A stretch of DNA of 64,000 nt from a candidate division Kazan bacterium GW2011_GWA1_50_15 (GTDB taxonomy: Bacteria > Patescibacteriota > Kazan-3B-28), in assembly GCA_001029795.1 (NCBI GenBank), contig CP011216.1, positions 211,398 to 275,397 of the forward strand. Direction: 5' to 3'. A program made the translations under genes and the position numbers. Positions within the stretch are counted from its first letter, which is position 1. The number at the start of each line of letters is the position of its first letter. The notes beneath the pieces were generated by a model. It ran no database searches, had not been told where the DNA came from, and saw only the letters and a list, made by a program, of their open reading frames with translations. Below are positions 50,753 to 63,498 of this stretch, piece after piece.

Positions 50753-51967
50753 CTATTTGATCGGAAACTTTTTTGTTAAGACCGCCACTTCCTTTTTCAC
50801 CGCCGATAGTACTGCCGAACTAGTGGGTTTGTCTACTACTTTCGCGATCATCATGGCAACCTCTTGCATCTCTCGCTCCCCCATCCCTCGGCTGGTTAGA
50901 ATAGAAGTTCCTAGCCGCATGCCCGACGGGTCGAAGGGACTGCGAAGATCGCCTGGGATCATATTCTTGTTGGTGATGATACCGACCTTCTCTAGCGCTC
51001 GCTCCGCTTTCATCCCAGTAATATTTTTGGATGTAAGGTCAACTAGAAGCATGTGGTTATCTGTGCCACCAGTGACCAGTGTGAAACCAAGTTTTTGTAA
51101 GCTAGTGGCTAGGGCCTTGGCATTAGCTACAACTTGAGCGGCGTAGCGCTTAAACTCTGGCTTGGCGGCTATCTGGAGACAGATCGCCTTGGCGGCAGTA
51201 ATGTTATCGTGCGGACCACCCTGCAGCCCGGGGAACACGGCCTTATCGATAGCTTCTGCCAGAGAGTTTTTACATAAGATAACCGCGCCCCTTGGCCCTC
51301 TTAAAGTCTTATGGGTGGTAGTAGTTACCACATCGGCATGTGGAAATGGCTGAGGGTGAACTCCGCCAGCCACTAACCCCGCGATATGCGAGATATCGGC
51401 CAGTAAGTAGGCACCAACCTTTTTAGCGATCTTCCCAAATCGCCCGAAGTCGATCTCCCGCGGATAGGCGGTGGCCCCGCAGACTATCAGTTTAGGTTTA
51501 AATATCTTAGCTTGGGTTTCGATCTCGTCATAGTTCAATAACCCTGTTTCCGGATCAACGCCGTACTGAATAAATTTATAGGCTTTCCCGCTGAAATTCA
51601 CTTTGTGCCCGTGGGTGAGGTGACCGCCATGTGGCAGACTCATCCCCATCACTGTGTCACCGAACTGCAACAGAGCGGTGTAGACCGCGATGTTGGCCGG
51701 GGAGCCGGAGTAGGGCTGGACATTGGCGTGCTCGGCGCCAAACAGTTTCTTAGCGGCGGCCTGAGCCATCACCTCGATCTGGTCGATGATCTCGTTCCCG
51801 CCGTAGTAGCGTTTGCCCGGGTAGCCCTCAGAGTATTTATTCATCAAAACCGACCCAGTCGTCTCGCGAATCTCTTTAGGGGCGATATTCTCCGAAGCGA
51901 TCAGAGACAGAGTGTTCTGCTGACGTTTGGCCTCATCTTTGATGAGCTGGGATATACTTTTTGCCAC
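50753..51967 (-). CDS. glyA: serine hydroxymethyltransferase
   Basis: LIASEN, NKYSEGYPGKRYYGG, HGGHLTHG, TTTTHKTLRGPRG. Confidence 0.98.
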   Translation of the reverse strand: MAKSISQLIKDEAKRQQNTLSLIASENIAPKEIRETTGSVLMNKYSEGYPGKRYYGGNEIIDQIEVMAQAAAKKLFGAEHANVQPYSGSPANIAVYTALLQFGDTVMGMSLPHGGHLTHGHKVNFSGKAYKFIQYGVDPETGLLNYDEIETQAKIFKPKLIVCGATAYPREIDFGRFGKIAKKVGAYLLADISHIAGLVAGGVHPQPFPHADVVTTTTHKTLRGPRGAVILCKNSLAEAIDKAVFPGLQGGPHDNITAAKAICLQIAAKPEFKRYAAQVVANAKALATSLQKLGFTLVTGGTDNHMLLVDLTSKNITGMKAERALEKVGIITNKNMIPGDLRSPFDPSGMRLGTSILTSRGMGEREMQEVAMMIAKVVDKPTSSAVLSAVKKEVAVLTKKFPIK

Positions 51968-52046
51968 TCCCTTATTCTACCTGATTGGGGTTTGCAGGGG
52001 AACCAGGAAAAAGATATACTGGGTCTGTTGTTTTAAGCTCCCAGGG

Positions 52047-53324
52047 ATGAAAAAATACGCTTTTCTACTGGGATCTCACCCGTTGATCAGTTTTCTTGAG
52101 ATCCTAAATATTTTAACTGTGGAGAAAGTCCCCCACGGCTCGATCGAGCGGATGGGTGAGATTTTAATCATTCAGCTTAAGCTGACAGCCGCCAAGCTGA
52201 ATAAGCTACAAGATATTTTGGGCGGGACCATCAAGATTATCGAAATCGTTGATGACTATCGGGGGACCATCTTCCAACTGGACAAGATTCTGACCCGGGA
52301 GAATTTGCTAAACAACTACTTCGCCCAACACAGCAGCAAAATTAATTTTGGCATCTCGGTCTACACCACCAAGTCGTTAGTTTACGCTGAGATCAACTGG
52401 CTCCGGAATTTTGCCTACCAATTGAAGCGTCGATTCAAAGACCAGTACAGTATCCGCTACGTCGATGAAAAGAACTTTGAACTGAGTTCTGTGATGGTGG
52501 CCAACAATAAGCTAGTTGAGACTGGCGCCGAAATCGTCATCATTAAACAAGAAAAGAGTTTTTTGGTCGGGCGCACCCGTACGGTGCAGGACTTTCGCAG
52601 TTACGCCCAGCGGGATATGGAGAAGCCCAGCCCGAACCCCAAATCCGGGATGCTGCCGCCCAAACTGGCTCAGATGCTTTTGAACCTGTCGCGCGACACC
52701 GGCCAGACCCAAGTGTTCGACCCCTTCTGCGGCAGTGGGGTGCTATTACAGGAAGCCCTCCTCCTAGACCTGGACGTGCTGGGGGCGGATATCGACGAGG
52801 AGGCGGTCAAAGACACGATTGAGAATCTAGAGTGGTTAATAAAGACTTACAACGCCGCCGCGCCAAAATTAGGCCAAGATAAAATAAAAAAAATCTCTGT
52901 TGCTGGACGAGTGCGAGTGGCAGACGCCACCCGCTCACGCTGGGAGAAAGCCAACCAAGCCAATACCTTTATAGCTACTGAACCATACCTCGGACCGCCG
53001 CAGCGCGGACCCGTCTTGATCCATCACGCTAGGGAAATCTCCGCCGAACTGGAAAAATTGTATTTGGGATTTTTTACCAACCTAAAAAAGAACTTCAGTA
53101 AGGTTCGGCGGGTAGGGATTGTTTTTCCGGTGATTAAAACCAACGAGGGACTACTGTATTTGAATATTCTGGAAGATATCGAAAAACTAGGTTATATCCG
53201 CCGCCCGTTTCTGCCGGCCGAGGAGGCCAAAAAAGAGGCGCTGGCCAGCCATCGCGGCAGCCTACTGTACTCCCGCCCAGATGCCTTTGTTCTGCGAGAA
53301 ATATTTGTATTCGAGAAAAAATGA
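52047..53324 (+). CDS. SAM-dependent RNA methyltransferase (Trm11-like)
   Basis: GMLPPKLAQMLLN, VFDPFCGSGVLLQEA, GADID, ATEPYLG; start at MKKYAF. Confidence 0.85.
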   Translation: MKKYAFLLGSHPLISFLEILNILTVEKVPHGSIERMGEILIIQLKLTAAKLNKLQDILGGTIKIIEIVDDYRGTIFQLDKILTRENLLNNYFAQHSSKINFGISVYTTKSLVYAEINWLRNFAYQLKRRFKDQYSIRYVDEKNFELSSVMVANNKLVETGAEIVIIKQEKSFLVGRTRTVQDFRSYAQRDMEKPSPNPKSGMLPPKLAQMLLNLSRDTGQTQVFDPFCGSGVLLQEALLLDLDVLGADIDEEAVKDTIENLEWLIKTYNAAAPKLGQDKIKKISVAGRVRVADATRSRWEKANQANTFIATEPYLGPPQRGPVLIHHAREISAELEKLYLGFFTNLKKNFSKVRRVGIVFPVIKTNEGLLYLNILEDIEKLGYIRRPFLPAEEAKKEALASHRGSLLYSRPDAFVLREIFVFEKK

Positions 53325-53370
53325 TTCCCGCATCTGTGTTGTAACTTAAAAATTTGGGAGGTGGTGGTTG

Positions 53371-53760
53371 ATGAAAACGCATTGGTTCACAATCGAAACC
53401 GGATACTCGGTTCTCCCTTGTCGTCTTAGGAGTGGTGGTACTTCTGATGTACGGCTGTTATTTTGGACACCTTTTCCTAACGCTCAAGGAAGGGATCTGT
53501 CCGGTAGTAGTGACCGCGGAACTGTTCTGCTGATGGAAATCGCTTTCTTGGCGTTGATAACGGCCCTTGAGATACAGACGGTCTGGCTATCGGCGCCTGA
53601 GTGGCGGGGTTTACCTTACCCCGCTTGGGCGGGCGAGCTGGGACTACTACTGTTAGGTATATATTGCTTGCTTTACACTGGCAGTCAATCTTTACGGCAG
53701 AGAGATATGGTCCAAAAACTCGGCCCAAAGCCAGAGTCGGCGGGAGGTGATGCGGAGTGA
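53371..53760 (+). CDS. membrane hypothetical protein
   Basis: GGGAGG SD; two hydrophobic segments. Confidence 0.55.
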   Translation: MKTHWFTIETGYSVLPCRLRSGGTSDVRLLFWTPFPNAQGRDLSGSSDRGTVLLMEIAFLALITALEIQTVWLSAPEWRGLPYPAWAGELGLLLLGIYCLLYTGSQSLRQRDMVQKLGPKPESAGGDAE

Positions 53761-54041
53761 GCGCGCCCAGTAACAAAGAAACTCCCGTCGAGAGGATGGA
53801 GCGGTTAGCAGGGGTACTCCGATCTCTGTATGCCCTATGCGCCACTTGGCGTAAATGGGTATTTTGGGGGATGCTGTTCGGGTTCGCTGACATAGCGCTC
53901 GTTGTCGCTTACCACTATCCGCCTGGAGACATTCTCCTACGGATTCGCCTAGTAAGCCCCGTCGTCCTGACCTTTTTACTCCTTTCAGGGGGTATGTACA
54001 TGGTTAAGCGCACCTTAGGTGACAAATTTGCCCCCGGTTAA
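53757..54041 (+). CDS. membrane hypothetical protein
   Basis: GGGAGG SD, GTGA overlap with upstream gene, terminator at 54030-54055. Confidence 0.6.
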   Translation: MSAPSNKETPVERMERLAGVLRSLYALCATWRKWVFWGMLFGFADIALVVAYHYPPGDILLRIRLVSPVVLTFLLLSGGMYMVKRTLGDKFAPG

Positions 54042-54199
54042 TCCGGGGGCTTTTTCTTGTCCGCTTGACCTGGGGAGCCGAATACGCTAATCTGGTCGGG
54101 TACTAAGTCGGTATCTGGGGGGCTAGCATCTAGTAGCTAGATGATCCCACCCCCGCCTCCCTATAGATACTGCATACTAGATACTAATTTGTCTTTTTT

Positions 54200-54472
54200 A
54201 TGGCTCATGTAAAAGCCGCCGGAACCAGTAAAAACCTCAAGGACTCCAAGCCAAAGATGCTTGGGGTTAAGATCTACGGTAACCAATTCGCTAAGACCGG
54301 CGATATTATCATTCGCCAGCGCGGTCAGAAGTACCGCTCGGGCGACAATACCCAGATGGGGAAAGACCACACTATCTTTGCCATGAAGCCAGGTAAGGTA
54401 AACTTCCAAGTTAGGCGAGTCAACAAAGACGGTATCCGCACGGCGACGGCAACCTTCGTTAGCGTTACCTAA
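54200..54472 (+). CDS. rpmA: 50S ribosomal protein L27
   Basis: MAHVKAAGTSKN..DS..LGVK, IIIRQRG, GKDHTIFA. Confidence 0.96.
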   Translation: MAHVKAAGTSKNLKDSKPKMLGVKIYGNQFAKTGDIIIRQRGQKYRSGDNTQMGKDHTIFAMKPGKVNFQVRRVNKDGIRTATATFVSVT

Positions 54473-54481
54473 TCGCCGCTC

Positions 54482-54552
54482 GTCATGCTGAATTAATTTC
54501 AGCATCTCAGATGAGATCCTGATCCGCCAACTGGCGGAAAGTTCAGGATGAC
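54482..54552. repeat. GTCAT...ATGAC repeat with nested TCCGCCAACTGGCGGA
   Basis: GTCATGCTGAATTAATTTCAGCATCTC...GAGATCCTGA[TCCGCCAACTGGCGGA]AAGTTCAGGATGAC. Confidence 0.85.
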
Positions 54553-54555
54553 TGA

Positions 54556-56214
54556 TTAAACAGTAATTGTTTGGACTCCGCGGTCTAGGCCCTGCAAGAG
54601 GGAACTTTCGCGAATCACTGCCCCGATAAATTCACGAAAGAGGGGATGGGGCCGATTGGGTCGGGATTTGAACTCAGGATGGAACTGAACCCCCACGAAC
54701 CATGGGTGGTCTTTTAGTTCGATGATTTCGATCAATTCATTGCTCGGTGAGATACCGGACAGAATCATACCCTGTTTTTCAACATCCTTACGATATTGGT
54801 TGTTAAACTCAAACCGGTGGCGGTGACGTTCGGAGATGGGACTATGTTTATAGGCGTCATAGGCCCGGCTGCCTTTTTTTAGTTCGGCCGGATAAGCGCC
54901 TAGCCGCATAGTGCCACCTTTGTTGATGATAGTTTTTTGGTACTCCATAATATGGATAATCGGATGTTTAGTCTCTTCATTAAACTCGGTACTGTTGGCA
55001 TCGTCCCAACCCAGGACATTGCGGGCGAATTCAACGACGGCGATCTGTATACCCAAACATAGACCCAAGTAGGGAATTTGATTCTCGCGGCAGTACTGGG
55101 CGGCCCTGATCTTGCCTTCGATGCCGCGGATGCCAAAGCCGCCGGGTACAACATAGCCGTCACACCCGCGCATGGCCTCACTCACATTGGTGTTGGGACT
55201 GCCCAACTCTTCGGCGTCGATCCAGCGGAGCTTCACATCTACATTGTGATACCAGCCGGCGGCGCGCAGGGCCTCGAACACGCAGATGTAGGTATCTTCC
55301 ATCGTAGTGTACTTGGCGACGATGCCGATATTCAGCTGACGTTTGTCGGATTTAATTTTGCCGACTAGTTCTTTCCATTCTGCCAAGTTAGGGGACTGGG
55401 GCGTCAAATTTAGTCGGCTCTCGATAACCTCGCCTAGGCCGTAGTTTTCGAGTGTCAACGGCACTTCATAGACAGTATCAGCGGTCTCCAGCGGTACGAT
55501 GTTCTTAATGGGCAAGTTTCCGGCCCGAGCGATCTTGTCTAACGCAGCTCGCGAGATGGGGTGGTCCGAGCGGCAGAAGACAGCGTCCGGGGCGATGCCG
55601 AGGCCCTGCAGATCGCGAATACTGTATTGGGCGGGACGGGTTTTGACCTCCTTGGTCACACCCAAATACGGTAAGAAGACGGTGTGGCAATACATCACAT
55701 TATCTTGTCCCAGTTCGTTGCGCATTTGACGAATAGCCTCCAAATAATGGAATCCTTCGTAGTCCCCTACCGTTCCGCCAACTTCGACAACAGCGATGTC
55801 CGCACCAACCTTAGAGGCACCTGTTAGAATTAGGCTCTTAACTTCATCAGTGAGGTGGGGGATAACCTGGACAGTCTTGCCTAGAAAATCTCCCCTCCTC
55901 TCCTTGTTAATCACATCGCTGTATACCCGGCCAGTCATGATCGATGAATCTTGGGTAAGGTTCTCATCGATGAATCGTTCGTAGTGTCCAAGGTCTAGAT
56001 CAGTCTCGGCGCCATCATCCGTTACGAACACCTCGCCATGTTCGCCGGGATTTAAAGTCCCCGCATCATAGTTGATGTACTGGTCTAGCTTCTGCATAAA
56101 TATCTTGTAGCCCCGGGCCTTCAAGATGTTGCCGATAGAAGCGGCGGCTATCCCCTTGCCCAGCCCCGAAAGGACCCCGCCCGTCACAAAGATGAATTTG
56201 ATAGTTTTGTTCAT
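54556..56214 (-). CDS. pyrG: CTP synthase
   Basis: FVTGGVLSGLGKG, HGEVFVTDDGAETDLDLGHYERF, GLCLG, ERHRHRFE, QFHPEF. Confidence 0.98.
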   Translation of the reverse strand: MNKTIKFIFVTGGVLSGLGKGIAAASIGNILKARGYKIFMQKLDQYINYDAGTLNPGEHGEVFVTDDGAETDLDLGHYERFIDENLTQDSSIMTGRVYSDVINKERRGDFLGKTVQVIPHLTDEVKSLILTGASKVGADIAVVEVGGTVGDYEGFHYLEAIRQMRNELGQDNVMYCHTVFLPYLGVTKEVKTRPAQYSIRDLQGLGIAPDAVFCRSDHPISRAALDKIARAGNLPIKNIVPLETADTVYEVPLTLENYGLGEVIESRLNLTPQSPNLAEWKELVGKIKSDKRQLNIGIVAKYTTMEDTYICVFEALRAAGWYHNVDVKLRWIDAEELGSPNTNVSEAMRGCDGYVVPGGFGIRGIEGKIRAAQYCRENQIPYLGLCLGIQIAVVEFARNVLGWDDANSTEFNEETKHPIIHIMEYQKTIINKGGTMRLGAYPAELKKGSRAYDAYKHSPISERHRHRFEFNNQYRKDVEKQGMILSGISPSNELIEIIELKDHPWFVGVQFHPEFKSRPNRPHPLFREFIGAVIRESSLLQGLDRGVQTITV

Positions 56215-57362
56215 CACTTATAAATACGTTCAATATGTGCCGGTAATCGGGCGACAACCTCGTAGTTAATGGTTCCGGCCCAATCAGCCACGTCGGTAGC
56301 AGTGATCTCTTTGGTGTGACTGCGACCGATCAAGACCACCTCGTCCCCCACCTTAGCGCGTGGGCGACGGCTAACATCTAAAATTGTCATATTCATACAC
56401 ACCCGGCCGACAATGGGAACTACCGCGCCTTTAAGCAGGGCAAAGCCCATGTTACTTAGACTTCTGGGTAATCCTTCGGCGTAACCGACAGGGATAACAC
56501 CGATGGTCATGGCTTGTGGCGCTTGGAAAGCGTTGCCGTAGCCGATGTATGCGCCAGCTTTGACTCGTCTAACATGAACCAGACGGGTCTTATAAACCAA
56601 GGCTGGCCGCAACTTAAAGCCGCGTGTTTTCTTGCTCCTCTTACACCAAAGTTCCACCCCCCTGCTCGGCCAAAGGCCGTACATTTCTATTCCTATCCTA
56701 ACACAGTTGAATCGACTCTCTGGGAGCATAACAGCGGCGGCTGAAGCGGCTAGCGATACTAATGGGACCTTGATCTTCAGGTCGGCCAATTTGGCCAAGG
56801 CTCGTTCAAATATGCGGATCTGATCGTTGGTGTAGCTTTGGTTGAGCTCCTCAACGCTAGCCAGATGTGAGTAAACTCCCTCAAATTCGAAGTAGCGGGG
56901 CCGAGCTGTAATAGTCTTTGCGACCTTAACAAACTCATCTACCGTGGCAAAACCTAGACGGTTGATACCGGTGTCTAGCTTTAAATGCACAATGACCTTC
57001 TTGTTCAGAATTGATACCGCACGACTGAGGGTACGATATGACTCGGCATTGTAGATCGTCACGGCGACTTTGTTTTTAATCAGGGCAGGCAAGTCATCTT
57101 TACTGACCGCGCCCAAGATGACGATGGGGTGCAGTACCCCTCGTCGCCTAAGTTCCAATGCCTCCGTAGCTGACACCACTCCTAAATGGCTGGCCCCGGA
57201 CCGCAGGGCCTGACGAGCCACCTCAAACAGCCCGTGCCCGTAAGCATTGGATTTCACTACCGCGATTATTTTGGTGCCGGGTTTGAATAGTCCTTTAATC
57301 TGCTTGATATTGTGATCAATTGCTTTCAGGTCAATTGTCAGCGCATATAGCGGACTACTCAT
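56214..57362 (-). CDS. alr: alanine racemase
   Basis: AVVKSNAYGHG, HLKLDTG, YSH, RIGI, GRVCMN, TINYEV. Confidence 0.96.
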   Translation of the reverse strand: MSSPLYALTIDLKAIDHNIKQIKGLFKPGTKIIAVVKSNAYGHGLFEVARQALRSGASHLGVVSATEALELRRRGVLHPIVILGAVSKDDLPALIKNKVAVTIYNAESYRTLSRAVSILNKKVIVHLKLDTGINRLGFATVDEFVKVAKTITARPRYFEFEGVYSHLASVEELNQSYTNDQIRIFERALAKLADLKIKVPLVSLAASAAAVMLPESRFNCVRIGIEMYGLWPSRGVELWCKRSKKTRGFKLRPALVYKTRLVHVRRVKAGAYIGYGNAFQAPQAMTIGVIPVGYAEGLPRSLSNMGFALLKGAVVPIVGRVCMNMTILDVSRRPRAKVGDEVVLIGRSHTKEITATDVADWAGTINYEVVARLPAHIERIYK

Positions 57363-57676
57363 ACAACTACAACTTTATTCAAAGGCAAAGTCGACACCCT
57401 TGTCGTTGTATGTCCCACCCCTGAAACATACCTTTATATAGTACTACAAAATTCCCTCTTGAAGGTGGGGACGGGAGTGGGTAGCTAAGCTCTTAATATG
57501 GAGGGGAGCAGCGAACCTGTTCCGTTCTCTCTTAAGGGTGGAGTGGGGAGCAGACGGCTAGCCCAAGATGACAAGCGAGGGTTGGCTTTTGCCAACCGCC
57601 GATGAGGGGAGAACACACCCTCGTTCTCCACTCATGGTTGTTAGGGGGGAACCCACTGGTGCCCCCTCGAGTTATT

Positions 57677-59731
<2,055 letters not shown>

Positions 59732-59818
59732 TCAATAAGTAGAGCCGCGGACGTGAGATATTGGACCGCTTTTCACCTGCTTCATTATAGCCAAAATCTT
59801 CCTCCTTAACAAGAGATT

Positions 59819-62077
59819 CTATTCGTCACGCAAGCGAGCTTTATGCCGCTCTAGGAGCATGTTTTTTATCACTTCGTTCACCTTGTCCCGATCCTCTTTT
59901 GTGAGGGTCCGAACATTAGAGCGAAGTTGGACATGGAAAGCCGCGCTCCGGCCCCGATCGGGCGAGCGGAAGATGTCAAAAAGTTCAACTGCGTCCACCA
60001 ACGGATCAGCGGCCCAAATATCTTTGATCAAGTCAGCGATCCGGACCCGGTCGGGAATGAAAAACGCCATATCCATTTTTACAACTGGGTATTTGGGTAG
60101 CGGCCGGTACTCCCGCGTCCATCGCACTTGCGGTGCAATGGCGCTCAAATCCAGAGCAAAAGTGGCCTCGCTCCCCCACCGCCTCAACTCGCCGACCATC
60201 TCCTGACCCCGCACCAACCTAAGACCGTCAACTCCAGCGACCTCGCGCCAATCCGTTCCAGTGAGACCCAGTTCGCCCAGTAGTGTATCGGCAATGCCTC
60301 GGGCCACGCGATAGGCGTCCGGCTCACTGATGCGCAGCACTAGCTGCTGACGCTCCTCCGGGAAGACGGTTTTGGCTTTAGCGAATACTGTACCAACTTC
60401 AAAAATACGAAAATCAGACCGACCGGCTTCTAGCTGCCGCAGACCTTCAGTGAGGTCAGTTTTGAGGTGAGTGGCGACGCTGCTAAGCGGATTATCCAGC
60501 TCGACTGCGCTCTCGCCACCAACGTCAAAGGGGTGAAGATAAACCTCGAACAGACCAAGGCGGGCCAGGGTCTCTCTGACGCGAGTCAACACTCGGCGCA
60601 GGTCGGGTTGGGTCGGCAGGGCCAGCGGCAAAGCCGGCATGACTAGCGGGACCTGGTCGGTGCCGTAAATTCTTAAGATCTCTTCAGCAATGTCGGCCAT
60701 CCCGTCAATATCGGAGCGGTCGTGGGGAACGGCGATGGACAGTCTGTCACCATTAACTGTGGTCGAAAGGTCCAGGCGATTTAAAATATCTGCCATTTCA
60801 CCGGTGGGAATAATGATACCCAGCAGGCGATTGATCGCCTCGGCGCTAACTTCTAATAAGCGACTGGCAGGCGGGAGCTTCTGATGCACATCGATAGTAT
60901 CTTTGCCGACTTGAGAATCGGGGCAAAGTTGTTGAATTAACTTAATTACCCGGCGCAGAGCGAGTTCTGGTAGAAAAACATCCAGTCCTCGCTCAAACCG
61001 GTTGCTAGCATCGGTGCGAAGACCCAGTCGGCGGGAAGTGTTGCGAATAGATACAAAGTCAAAGTTAGCCACCTCGACGGCGACAGCGGTGGTGCTCTCC
61101 CCCACCCCGCTAGTTTCTCCGCCAATCACGCCGGCAATCGCGAGCGGACCAGACGAGTCGGCGATAACCAAGGTTTGGACGTCAAGCGGACGAGTGACCC
61201 CGTCCAAGCATGCAAGAGTCTCCCCTACTTTGGCGGAACGAACGATGATAGACCGATCTTTTACTTTATTTAGATCAAACGCATGGATGGGCTGACCGGT
61301 CTCCAACATGACATAGTTAGCTGCATCGACAATGTTATTGATTGGTCGCAGACCAACTGCGGTCAGCGTTTGCTGGAGCCACTCAGGTGAAGGCCCAACT
61401 TGGATATTTTGGATAATGCGAGCCATATAGCGTGGGCAAGCAACAGGATCTTTGACCTCCACCCGCAGTTCCGCTTCGGTAGCCGATGCGCCCCTAACTC
61501 CAGCGATAGCCGGCGGCTGCCAGTCCTGCCGCAATACTGCAGCGATCTCCCGAGCCAGCGATCGGTAGCTAATGTAGTCTGGCCGATTAGCCAAAATCTT
61601 GAGATCCAAGATGCTGTCGCCGTCATCGCCGAGTAGCTCACTTAAGGATGTCCCGGGCTGACGCTTTGTATCCAACAACCTAATACCTGAGGCATCGCCA
61701 GTTAAGCCTAGCTCGGCGCTACTGCATAGCATCCCATCTGAGGGTTCGCCGCGGATAACGGCCTCACGAATGATCGTACCGTCAGGTAACTTTGCTCCCA
61801 CTAGGGCCACCGGCACATGCTGGCCTACCGCAATATTGTGAGCCCCGCAGACGATACCCAAGACCCGCCCGCCAACATCAACTTGGGTTAAGGAAAGTTT
61901 GTCGGCATTAGGATGGGGTTTGATCGCTAGGATCTCTCCCACTACAAAGTTGGCCCACTTGCCGTGCGTCTCAACTGATTCGACCTCAGTAATATGCAGA
62001 TAGATCAAATCACTCAGCTCCTGCGGGGAAAGCTTGAAGTTCAGCCAAGACTTTAAAAGTTGGTAAGAAAACTTCAT
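59819..62077 (-). CDS. pheT: phenylalanyl-tRNA synthetase beta subunit
   Basis: HPNADKL, IVCGA, NRPD, RPINNIVD, RFERG, EEILRIYG, FDX-ACB C-terminus. Confidence 0.96.
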   Translation of the reverse strand: MKFSYQLLKSWLNFKLSPQELSDLIYLHITEVESVETHGKWANFVVGEILAIKPHPNADKLSLTQVDVGGRVLGIVCGAHNIAVGQHVPVALVGAKLPDGTIIREAVIRGEPSDGMLCSSAELGLTGDASGIRLLDTKRQPGTSLSELLGDDGDSILDLKILANRPDYISYRSLAREIAAVLRQDWQPPAIAGVRGASATEAELRVEVKDPVACPRYMARIIQNIQVGPSPEWLQQTLTAVGLRPINNIVDAANYVMLETGQPIHAFDLNKVKDRSIIVRSAKVGETLACLDGVTRPLDVQTLVIADSSGPLAIAGVIGGETSGVGESTTAVAVEVANFDFVSIRNTSRRLGLRTDASNRFERGLDVFLPELALRRVIKLIQQLCPDSQVGKDTIDVHQKLPPASRLLEVSAEAINRLLGIIIPTGEMADILNRLDLSTTVNGDRLSIAVPHDRSDIDGMADIAEEILRIYGTDQVPLVMPALPLALPTQPDLRRVLTRVRETLARLGLFEVYLHPFDVGGESAVELDNPLSSVATHLKTDLTEGLRQLEAGRSDFRIFEVGTVFAKAKTVFPEERQQLVLRISEPDAYRVARGIADTLLGELGLTGTDWREVAGVDGLRLVRGQEMVGELRRWGSEATFALDLSAIAPQVRWTREYRPLPKYPVVKMDMAFFIPDRVRIADLIKDIWAADPLVDAVELFDIFRSPDRGRSAAFHVQLRSNVRTLTKEDRDKVNEVIKNMLLERHKARLRDE

Positions 62078-62104
62078 TCTTGTGTCGTTCCTATATTCTC
62101 TTTT

Positions 62105-62130
62105 GTCATTCCCGCGGAGGCCGGAATGAC
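62105..62130. repeat. short GTCAT...ATGAC palindromic repeat
   Basis: GTCATTCCCGCGGAGGCCGGAATGAC between pheS and pheT. Confidence 0.8.
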
Positions 62131-62134
62131 GATT

Positions 62135-63115
62135 TTAGAACTCCTCTAAGAAATCCAACTTGCCGGAGAGGAATAAGCGGATATCATCGATGCCGTATTT
62201 CAGCATGGCGATGCGGTCCAGCCCCAGCCCAAAGGCGAAGCCAGAAAATTCATTGGCATCGATGCCGCCGTTGGCGAGGACGGTCGGATGGACCATGCCG
62301 CAGCCCATCAGCTCTAGCCAATGACCCTTAAACCAAACGTCTACTTCAAAACTTGGTTCAGTAAACGGGAAAAAGCTAGGGCGCAGACGAGACTTCACAC
62401 CTTCCCCCAGCAAACCCTTCACCATCAGATCGATGACGGCCTTCAGGTGCGCCACAGTAATACCCCGATCAATAAGCAGGCCCTCCAGTTGATAGAAGAC
62501 CGCACTGTGCGTGGCATTCTCGGCTTCATAACGGAAGGTGCGTCCCGGAGCGATGATGCGAATGGGCGGGCGGTGGTCCTGCATATATCGGATCTGTACC
62601 GGCGAGGTGTGGGTACGTAGCAAAGCCCGTTCTTTGGCGCCCTTGTCTGGTTTTATCCAGAAGGTATCCCAAGCGTCTCTAGCTGGATGGTTGGCTGGGA
62701 TGTTCAACAAATTAAAGTTGTAGTCCTCAGTTTCGACCTCGGGCCCCTCAGCCACCGAGAAACCCAAGCCCTGGAAAAGTTCGATTAACTGATCGGTTGT
62801 TTGGGTTAACGGATGTAGTCGGCCGAGGCGTTGGGTCAACCCCGGGATAGTAGGGTCAAAAAGATCGTCGGCTGGTTTAGCTTGCCGGCTCACAAGCTCC
62901 TCTAGACGCCGAGTGAGTTCGGCCTTGATATGGTTCCCCAGTTCTCCTACCGCGGCCCGCTCAGCCGAAGGCAGTTTGGGAATATCGCCCAGCAGCTGAT
63001 TCAGTTCGGACTTGCGGCCCAGGTATTTCGTACGCAAAGTCTCGCCATCGGCCGGAGACGCGGCGGCGATCTCGGCTTGAGCGGTCAGCCAAAGTTGTTT
63101 TAGTTTGTCTTCCAT
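62135..63115 (-). CDS. pheS: phenylalanyl-tRNA synthetase alpha subunit
   Basis: HPARD, LLRTHTSPVQ, FPFTEPS, GFAFGLGLDR. Confidence 0.98.
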   Translation of the reverse strand: MEDKLKQLWLTAQAEIAAASPADGETLRTKYLGRKSELNQLLGDIPKLPSAERAAVGELGNHIKAELTRRLEELVSRQAKPADDLFDPTIPGLTQRLGRLHPLTQTTDQLIELFQGLGFSVAEGPEVETEDYNFNLLNIPANHPARDAWDTFWIKPDKGAKERALLRTHTSPVQIRYMQDHRPPIRIIAPGRTFRYEAENATHSAVFYQLEGLLIDRGITVAHLKAVIDLMVKGLLGEGVKSRLRPSFFPFTEPSFEVDVWFKGHWLELMGCGMVHPTVLANGGIDANEFSGFAFGLGLDRIAMLKYGIDDIRLFLSGKLDFLEEF

Positions 63116-63132
63116 TATTCAGATCCCTGCAC

Positions 63133-63498
63133 CTACTCCACTTTAACCCGAAAATAGACCTCCAGAACCACGGCGGCCAGGGCTGCTAATCCGATGTTCC
63201 ACCAGCTCAACATGTGATAGACCTGCAAGATCAGGCCTCCGATGCCGACCAGCCCCAGTAGAGTCCCCTCGCGAAGAGCTATCCAAAACCTATCGGTTCG
63301 ATCGGCCACGTAAAAGTATAGACCATAGAACAGCATGGTGAGCAGGCCGATCGCCGCCACCCCTAGACTAACCAGAAACAAGACCAGGCCGATTGGTCCA
63401 GCGGTTCCCGGGTCAAAATAGACCAGCACCATCCCCCACGCACCTGCGGCGAGTATAGTAGTAACAGCGACCCCTACCAAATAACTAGTAACTGGCAT
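63133..63498 (-). CDS. four-TM membrane protein
   Basis: MPVTSY start 6 nt after TATACT; four hydrophobic helices. Confidence 0.75.
   Translation of the reverse strand: MPVTSYLVGVAVTTILAAGAWGMVLVYFDPGTAGPIGLVLFLVSLGVAAIGLLTMLFYGLYFYVADRTDRFWIALREGTLLGLVGIGGLILQVYHMLSWWNIGLAALAAVVLEVYFRVKVE

Noticed and set aside
57595-57640. Hammerhead-like CCGATGAG core
   Set aside because: Lacks CUGANGA and the GAAA after stem II
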